64,000 bases of DNA from Eledone cirrhosa (taxonomy: Eukaryota): assembly GCA_964016885.1 (NCBI GenBank), contig OZ024742.1, positions 271,312,001-271,376,000 on the forward strand. Direction: 5' to 3'. Below the pieces are notes generated by a model that had not been told where the DNA came from, did no database searches, and saw only the letters and a program-made list of their open reading frames with translations. A program made the translations under genes and the position numbers. Shown here one piece after another: positions 55,201-64,000 of the stretch (the stretch's first letter is position 1; each line of letters begins with the position of its first letter).

Positions 55201-56250
55201 CCTTTGTTTTTTCATCTTCAATCCACATAAGTGAGTGGTGACTTTAGCCGATGCATAATAGAGATGATTTAAGTCAGTAATGTTTAGTTTGTTTGTGATG
55301 ATAATATTTTTGAGAACTATGTTAGTCTTGTGTATTATCTTTTGGTTCTGTTTGGAGTTCTGGATCTTAGGGAGGGTGTCTCGTTGCCCCATGTCAGATT
55401 CTTTCATTTTCATCCATTCGATCATAATTTCATCCTTCAAGTTGGCAAGTTCATTCTCTTTCATTTCTTTATCATTTACGATCTCATTATTTTCATTTGG
55501 AGTTTCATCCTGAGCATGCACTCCCTCCACTTTTTCGCTCCTTTCTTTAATTTGTTCTGTTGCCAGTGATTCCGCCCCAACCCTGGGATTCCAAGTGTTA
55601 CAGTTTACCTCGTTTTCACTGAAACATGCTTCATTTTCCCTTCGCTAACTTTGTGCTACTAGCTTGATCTGATCAATTTCTATATCAGTTAGTAACTTTT
55701 TTCTTACAATATTTCTTCGTATATTGGCTAGTTTGTTACTGTCAATATAGCCTCTGTTTTCGGGATGTTTCTTTTTCCAGTTGATATATGTTTGTTCTGT
55801 ATTCGATGTATTTGATGGGTAGTACATGGCAGTGTAGAAAGCCTCAAGGACTTCTTTATTATCTTCCCTTGGCCATTTTCCTCACTTTTTCTTTGGATTT
55901 CTTGGTAGTGAGCATGGAGGGCCAACAGTAGGAGTATTCCGGTTATGGGAGGTCTCCAGCTCCGAAGTGATGGGAAGGTTTGAACCATTAGCTGATTTTT
56001 CGACCCCAGTCTGGTTCCTCTCTGAGGGACGCGGCCCTTTTTTACCCGGGTGACGGCCGATCCGGTATGAGATTTTATCATTAGACATTTACTTTATTTT
56101 GTCGCGTTTTATCCTTATCCGCCAAGGGGTAATCATTTCGTGTTACCACTACTAGAACGAGTGTCAACCAAGACTAGAGGTGTCGTTCTCCCCTAGAGAC
56201 ATGGCTATTCCCCGCCGGCCACCATCCCGGTATTTCTTGGTCACGGGGTT
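52290..56250 (-). mobile_element. Near full-length R4/Dong-type non-LTR retrotransposon (RT, CCHC, RLE), frameshifted
   Basis: ORF pieces 56088 to 52437: SPGKD, YRPITCL, WIDYKKAFDS, GIFQGDSLSPLLF, FYMDD, YKYLG, CRVC..ETIDHIISMC, RHD, NRPDII, KYKDL. The 3' end runs into (AAT)n, the known Dong target. Confidence 0.93.
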
Positions 56251-56335
56251 TTCTTTTTGTTGTTTTTTTTTAAATTGTTATTATCATGAGTGGTTCCTTA
56301 ATGTGAGCATTGCGTGGCTTAAGAATGAAATTATT

Positions 56336-56390
56336 AATAATTGTCTCCACTCCAGGCACAAGGCCAGCAATCACCCAGTGCATTACAATA
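56336..56390 (-). mobile_element. Nin-type SINE 3' tail fragment
   Basis: AATAATTGTCTCCACTCCAGGCACAAGGCCAGCAATCACCCAGTGCATTAC. Confidence 0.7.
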
Positions 56391-57199
56391 ATATAATATA
56401 CTTTTTGTTGTAGTAGGCTGTTATTGTTGTTGGCTATGTCGGTGGTGGTGCCGGGGCTTTTTATATTGTTGGTGAGGAAGGGGTGAGCCAGCAGTCCCAT
56501 AATTGTTGATGTAGACGTTTGGCCGGTGGGTGGCAAGGTCACCAAGTCAATCTATTTATATCTTTTTCTAGCCTCTCTCTTGTCTAGTGCTACCGCCACC
56601 TTCCCTTTTCTCTCTCAAGTTAACAGGGGAATAGTGTCAGTAGCATTGAATGAGTGGTGGCGGCGATGATGGATGTGGTGGGGTGGTGGCAGCGGTGGTG
56701 TTGTGGTTACTGATATAGTATCTATGAGTTTGTGTTCGTATGTTTAATATATATTTTTATTATATTTTGTGTTGACATATTCCCGTAAAATTTGAATTAA
56801 AAATTTTTTTAAATTTGAGACAATAATAATAGTAATTATTATTATGATGCTGGTGAAATTGTCGTTATCTGGCTGTTATATTTAGTGTGATGGGATAGGT
56901 AGTGTATCAAGTTTCTGGTGTTGGTGAAATTGAAATTGCTGCTGTTCTATATAGTGTAGACAGAGGGTGTTTTGTTCCATTTATAACCATTTTCTTTTTT
57001 TGAATACAAAATATATAATACAAAATTGAATATTTGAGCGATACAACAATATAATATGGATCCGAAACTTTATGGGACCTCATTCGGTGCATTGATGCAA
57101 CATTTGTGCTAAGAATTGTTCTTTCACACTTGATTTAAATATCAAAAAACTTACGGGAGTAATTTCGTGACGTTCTACCACCTCGTGCGTCTTCTTCCC

Positions 57200-57247
<48 letters not shown>

Positions 57248-57289
57248 TTTGCAGCATATAGTTATGGCCCTTTATATTCTGAGTGGCAA

Positions 57290-58160
57290 CTCCAGCGAAA
57301 ACCATAGTGAATTCAACAACAGCAATAATGTTACCGACAACAACAGCAACAACATCATCATCATTAACAACAATAAGAAAAAAATATATTTCACTGCGAC
57401 CACGGTAAAAAAAAAAAAATTTTCTGTATTGGATATTTCAGAAAACAAAAAAAAATCTATTTTAGCGGAATCTAGTAAACTTATTGACTTTAGGGAAAAT
57501 ACTGCACACAATAATGTGCTCGTGGATTTGTTGGCAGACATCGAAAGATGTACCAATATCTTTAGATGTGTGAACATCAAATCAAGAAAAACAGATCTAG
57601 CCCCTTGATCTGACGTTGAGGCAGCTTTGAAGGAGTTGGTACCAGACATTGAACAAGTGAAAAGGACATGAGGTTTGGTTGCATCGCCGTGCTTTTTCCG
57701 AAGCGTGGCCCTCACCAGAAAGAACTCAGTCCGTCCAGTGCAATCCAAAGACCATATACTGTTCCCTTCCCACATGTGAAGAAGAACAGTGACCGGGCGA
57801 ATAGCTGCGATATCACCAAACATGAATCCCCAGTTGGTCCTTGCTAGAATTGCGCTTGAGTACGAGGACTCCATCCTGGAAGTGAAATATCGCAGCGGGA
57901 ATCATGCTCCCGTACCTGTCTGATATTCTAAATAAAACCAGAGACAATGGAGAAGATCCCGGATCTGATCACCCTTCCATGCGGAAAAGAAATAAAGGTC
58001 TTCGTAGAAGGCAAAAGACACCGCTGTCATAACTGTGGCTAAACGACACATTTACGAGCTTTCTGAAATTTACAGAAGACACCTGGTGCCCGCAGCGCAG
58101 AACATCTACAAACGCAAGGGCCGCAAATGCAACAACAAAAACAACAGCACCAGCACCTAG
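57290..58160 (+). mobile_element. Decayed ORF1 of an L1/Tx1-type LINE
   Basis: (AAC)-rich start, KKKKFSV, and VFVEGK..RCHNCG..H zinc-knuckle remnant. Confidence 0.55.
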
Positions 58161-58200
58161 GTTACAAAGCTTATTTGTGTAAGCTCCAAACTAGTAAACA

Positions 58201-58376
58201 AATAATTGTTTCTACTGTTGACACAAGGCCACTAATTACCCCATTATAATACTGGTGCTTTATTTTATCGGCCCCGTAAGGATGAAAGGCAAAGTTAACC
58301 TCGGCGGGATTTGAACTCAGACCATAAAGGGCCGTAACTCTTTGCTGTTAAACATGACGTCCGACCCTCTACCGAC
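58201..58376 (-). mobile_element. Nin-type tRNA-derived SINE
   Basis: Nearly full-length match to 7211-7385. Confidence 0.85.
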
Positions 58377-58649
58377 CCTCAAGCGCCAGTAAACAAATAA
58401 TGTTTACTCAAAAGTTCTTAATTAATTTCCTTCAAAATATGTTCATAAACGTGATATATTTGTATTTCCATGTTTTAATATCTTTGTATTAAGACTTCAG
58501 AATTGATTTCAGCTTGTACCTCAATCGAAAAATAAATGGAATTTACAATAACTTATTTCTATATTATGTTTCATTTCTTCTTAAAAAATGTCAAGACGAT
58601 TTATCTGCACTTCAGAACGAATACTTATTCAAGCCAGTGTCATTTGCAT

Positions 58650-61600
58650 ATATACTCGGGATTTGGGGAGGGGGTCAAATATTCTGATTCCACATATTTG
58701 TGTTCATTTTGGTGTGATAGATAAATTTTCAATTTTTTAAAAGTATGCGATCACCCCTACCACTCGCATACACCCCGCCACTAATTCTGCGTTTTGAATA
58801 CTGAACATTTAAGGAACTGTAAACCTCTTTTAATGCTATTAACTTTGTCTTGGTTAAATAATACGTATATAACTTTTTATAAATTATATGCAACAACCCA
58901 CCTGAAAAAAACATTTATTGGAGTATATTTGTTTATATAGTTTGTATTAATTTTATCATGAAAAAAGCCTATATTAAGAAAAGCACTTTCAACGTATAAA
59001 TAATGTAAAGTCTTAATGAATATTATGATGTGCAGTAAAAAATAAAAACTGTGCACGAACCTCAAAAGAAATACATGAAAGGTCATCACTATAAAATGAG
59101 CATTAATAGTATATCCTATTTAATTAAATGACCATTGTCTTTTCCAGCCAAAGTGAGGTAAACTTTGTCAAGATTGCTGTATATCTTATATGAATTTGTG
59201 CCTATTTTCGTAGTCTATTCTGATCTCAGATGCTTTTCTCACGAAATTAATAGCATGCTCGATCCCCTGGCTATGACAAGGAAGATGTATTGCTTTTAGA
59301 AGATCAACGATTGTAAAGTTCCGTAAAACTGGAGGGGATGTTATAACTTCATTAGCCCAGTTAATCAAATCCACATAATGCTGAGCTTCAAAATTAATTT
59401 CGCTTGGTAGTTTGAAATTTCTTAATACTTCACGGGCATTCGGAGGAAAGTTATTGCTGTAATAATTCGCTGAATTGCTACTTCTCTGATTTATCTTCTT
59501 CCATCATTCAGCAGTGTCAGTAAAATATTCTCCGGATGGGCAAAAAAAGGAATTACTTTTTAACGATTTCTCCATAACTTCTTTATGATATTGGTTCATA
59601 TCTTGCCTTAGAATTACCATATACTAAATATTACTTGCTCCCTCGTGTAACTTTGGGTGAGATTTAATCCAGAACAAGCTGGGGGAATAAACTGGTGGTG
59701 GTGGTTGAAGGAGGAGGAGAAGCAGCAGCGGCAACAGCAGTAGTAGAAGCTGTTATTGTTGTTGTTGTAGCAACAGCAGCAGCGAGGATTTTACCAAGAT
59801 CCATAATATTGTTTTCGGGATTTTTTACCGAAACATATATGCGAAGAAATCTGTTGGCACGTGTTAGCCACCTTGCATGATGGATTTCACCAGGTGATTG
59901 TGCTGCTTACAGCTGAGAAACAAACCCTGTCTCAATACTGAGGCACATTTCTTACAGATATTTTTGATCTGAGCTTAAAGTATCAACAACTTCTAATGAC
60001 AATTCCTTCACTTTAGTTTTTACTGGAGCAAATTTGATTATCTTTAAGTTTGTTACATCTTCTTTAATTTTATTGACAATTAAGCCTTTTGATGCTTGTG
60101 GTCCTGTTGTTTTTCCTTCTATGGATTAAAATACGTCTCGAAACCGAAGCTCACTTTATGTAGCAGCATGCCAACCACTGAAATGGTTTATTTACGTATA
60201 ATTCAATTGTTTTAAATTACCCCTCCTAGCTGATACGTGTTTACTGGAGCGCCATCACGTAATACGTCCTTTAAACTGTCTTGGCTGTCAGAATCAATTA
60301 AAAAAGTAATAATTTCTTCTGAGAAAAAGTCATCTAAATACTCATCACCGGACTCTTTCACAATAACATAGTGCACTTCATTTTCCATCCCTCTTGCTGT
60401 TTTAGTTTTATCCTTTCTGCAATAAAAATCGATGCAGTCGAACCTTGTATTTTCTGTTTTCATGTTTATAATATTGTTTTTTCCAACTCCTTTTCCTTCT
60501 CTTTCAACTTTTTTCTTATCTAGCATATTTGTATCATTTAAAATTCCCATATCTCTCAAAGCTGCATTAAAAATAGCAGCAGCAGCTCTGCAACTTATCC
60601 GATATCTCTCTGATGTGATGGCTAGATTCTCATAAGTAAACCTTTTTTTTTTTCTTTTTTCTCTCTCAGTTCATTGTCAGGAACAAAGTCGATATCATCG
60701 TCATCATTGTCACATGAGTCACAATTATCTTCATTAATATCACTTTGGCACTAATAACTAGTTGAAGCAACGTTCGTGTCTAAGTGCATATTTGCCTTCC
60801 TGTTTTCAAATCTTTGCCCTCTTTCTGCAGTTCTTTTTCTACATGAAGTTATTTCCCTATCTACAGGCCCTAAATGATTCAATCTTTTTTTCTGTCCATT
60901 CCATTATTGGTATTCTTATGCCACACTTAGACTCAGATTTTTTTATTTGTTTGTCATAACACGGGCAGGTTCATATATCAAACAAATCATTGAACTCATC
61001 TAATTTCTTATCAAAACTATCTCCTCTTTGCTTGATAGGTATTTCATTTTAAGCAGATTCAATCAATCTCTCAATTTTTTAGAGCTGTTCCCTAAAACCC
61101 AATATAAGGAAAAGAAAATGTGTTCCATATTATTTGCACATCTGCAGCAACAATCCGGTAGCATTCTTTGCTGTGGGTGAAGTGTTTGATATATGTTCTT
61201 CACGTTTTCTTATGTATAAATAATGTCGGGATACATCAGACTTTCATGGGGTCATTGTTGTAGGAAATTCTGCAGGATATCCAAATGCTGGATTGCGACT
61301 TTTACTTCTAGTTGCCATCATATAATTTTATATACATAAATTATTACAGTTAATTTTTATGTAGGTATTTTTGTAAAATTATAATACAATTTAGCTCTGA
61401 ATTAATATGAAAAACAAATGAAAACTATTTAACAAATGTATACATTTTCTAAAAAAGAATTCCTTTAACACATATTGAAAGGTTGTAATTTTACTATGTT
61501 GGAGGGGTACCTACTTACCAAATGCCTTATATATCAATGTTTTTGCTCTCTTTAATCGTCAGATGTTTAAACAAGGTTTCTACAGTGAAATATGATCATA

Positions 61601-61840
61601 TGTTTCATGCCCATAAGAAATGTATTATATATGTGTTCCAGATTATATGATTAACATAGAAAAGTAGGGTGTTAATGGAGAGGGGGGTATGCGAGGTGTA
61701 TGGATGGGGGGATCACATAGCCCTTATTTTCATATATTTTATTTAAATTACAATTGAAATACTGTGCATACCGTAGAATTAAGGTTCCTTTTAAATGGTT
61801 GTGTTTCGACTCCCCCCCCCACCCTCATAATGTGCTCTGT
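58650..61840 (-). mobile_element. Decayed cut-and-paste DNA transposon, hAT-like (probably hATm-type) transposase with long imperfect TIRs
   Basis: Minus-strand motifs RKDKT, EP/SG.EYL, DG.PVNT, GKTTGP, LSSDQKYL, HARWLTRANR.LR.Y, FFAHPENILL, PCHSQGIE. 58741-58780 is inverted-similar to 61680-61725. Confidence 0.7.
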
Positions 61841-62692
61841 GGTGATCTCGTCTATGTAACGTCCAATATGTCTAAGAGTATTTAGTTACTGTTGAGACAT
61901 AAACACCATCGGTAGTACTGATGCTATATATATTTATATTTGTATGTAATCATAAATGTGTGTGTTGTGGTGTGTATAAAATTTCTCTGTGATTTATAAT
62001 TATACATTAGATATTGTTGTTTATATGAATAATTCTAAGAACTTTATGTTTTAGAGCATTATATATCTTGTTTTATGTGCATGGTGTTACATTGAAGCAG
62101 GTAGAGAAGTTCAAATCTATCAAATAAAATGGTTTTCGAGTAAAGTTAATCGATGAAGTGCGTAGTTCGGAGAACAGAGTGTCTCCAACGACAGCCACTA
62201 CTTTTCCGAATTGAGAGATTACAGATCTATACTATGGGCATGTGGTTAGAATGGCTCAGGCAAGAATCACTGGACAGATGTTACAGACAAAACAAACACA
62301 GAAAGATGGTTGGATAACATCCATGAGATTCGCTAGTCTCACTTGCGGATATATGAGATCATATCGCAGGTACCATTATACAATTTTCCGCCTCCAGGTT
62401 GCATATCACCGTTCTCACGTTATTTGATATTGATAATTCAGGCGGCTTTCTTCCTTGACTGTTAACAAAGGTAAACCATACCTTGAAATAAACAATTTTT
62501 GTTGGTTGTTTGATATTTGGTAAGAAATGGTACTATAACTCATTAATTATATTATTTATGTCTATATGTTGATATATGTAATTTATTATTTTGGATATGC
62601 TTTTATTCGTGTTAATTTAACTCATAGTTTGATTAAACTCGAAACACACGTACTGACATACACAAATATATACGTGTTCATATATATATATA

Positions 62693-64000
62693 CACCAGCT
62701 TTTCAAAACACCACTAAGCGCATACATCGCACGTGTATCAAACGGATGCTGAGACATCTCAACCGCCAATTACACATCCATAAGCGGACACTCTCAGAGC
62801 GGACACATCGACGGTCAATAACACCCGGCGACTTGCTCCTGAAAATCACTAAAGCAATCGGCCAGTGCTACCACTGCAGAGTCCAACACGAGAAAAAAGG
62901 GCTCAAGCAGAAATATGAGTGGATTTTGTCTAAACTCCACAACGAGAACATCGACACTAACAAACAGACAGACCAGAACCACGTGGAAAACAACAACGTA
63001 ACAACCGCCACCGCCGCATCCACCAACACCGAGCCACACCTCAACGATGCGACGCACCTGGTCACCGACCTAACCGGCACTCTCACGAGCGACGAACTGA
63101 AACTCCTACACCTCGGACCCAAGTTCATCGTCTCAGAACGACTCGACGACAGATTCAAACTCGACATCGAAGCCAACTTTTGTGGAGCCGTTTACCAACT
63201 TAAATGGGTGACCGCCATCAATAGCGCCACAGAAAATAACATCGCCCATGCAACTCACCCCAAGTTCCCCACTAACCATCCTGACAACCCACTCCACCTC
63301 CCACCCACCAACCAACCACGAACTCGACACTAAACTCATCAGGCTAAAACACTCCATCTCGGATATACTTCACAAACACACACACGCACAAAACACAACC
63401 TCACCAAATCTCAACTCACCACCCTTTCCAACCTGAAATCGAAGAACCTCATCTACCTCACCTCGACAAGGGAAAATAACTCTGTGTCATCAGCAGAGAG
63501 GCCTACAACACCCTGGCCCTCCAAACCTTGACGATGACAACCTCTACTCCAACGTCACAGGAATCACTCCCGCGCAGATATAGGAGCACATCAACGCCGC
63601 CTGGATCAACATCTGCGACCGGCGGAAGCTCCCGAAGGAGCTGAGATACAACCTCCTCACGAGGAACAGCAGACTACCCGCCTTCTACAACCTCGTCAAA
63701 ACACACAAACAAGGACCCGATCTGAAGATCAGGCCCATTGTATCGAGCGTGGAAAGATCGCTCTACAAAATTTCATGGCTCCTAGCCAGAATACTCAAAC
63801 CCATCTTAGACACCTTGCCGGGACACGTTAACAGCTCCGAGGAGGTGTTGGAGCCCCTGCATCAAATGCATCTCGACACCAGAATAGGCTAACAGATATG
63901 CCTTCAGCCTTGAAGTAGTCGCTCTCTACACCTCGGTCCCGGCACTCCCGGTCGTTAATATACTGATGGAATGCGCCTAATCCACCGACCTACACTGTTT
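62693..64000 (+). mobile_element. Decayed PLE, N-terminal and RT region (continues beyond the window)
   Basis: LTSDELKLLHLGPKF, NLT..Q..L..LK, DKG, FYNLVKTHK..KIRPIVS, FSL.VVALYTSVP; begins next to a short (TA)n. Confidence 0.85.

Noticed and set aside
56100-56250. HDV-like ribozyme at the 5' end of the Dong element
   Set aside because: Hairpins exist, but I could not build the nested double pseudoknot or the L3 consensus by eye.

Overview
Eukaryotic, AT-rich, microsatellite-laden, repeat-derived DNA with no recognisable host gene. It is most likely cephalopod (Octopus-type), inferred from the tRNA-derived Nin-domain SINEs and the repeat landscape. Almost all coding signal is from mobile elements: Penelope-like elements (PLEs; one 5'-truncated but uninterrupted RT + GIY-YIG ORF at 17167-19161), L1/Tx1-type LINEs, R4/Dong-type RLE LINEs in (TAA)n, RTE remnants, a decayed hAT-like DNA transposon and a non-autonomous Helitron. 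The first ~23 kb are the most notable part. They hold a dense, partly nested stack of fold-back (inverted) PLE insertions in (TA)n. About ten sequence-unrelated families (one lies outside the cluster, at ~43.8 kb) each carry a type I hammerhead ribozyme or part of one, usually with a palindromic stem III. Other features are a short motif shared by their terminal tails, one element carrying its own (TA)n target that was hit by four later PLEs, and long 3' UTRs with GC-rich structured modules. All RNA structures were folded by eye and need computational and biochemical confirmation.
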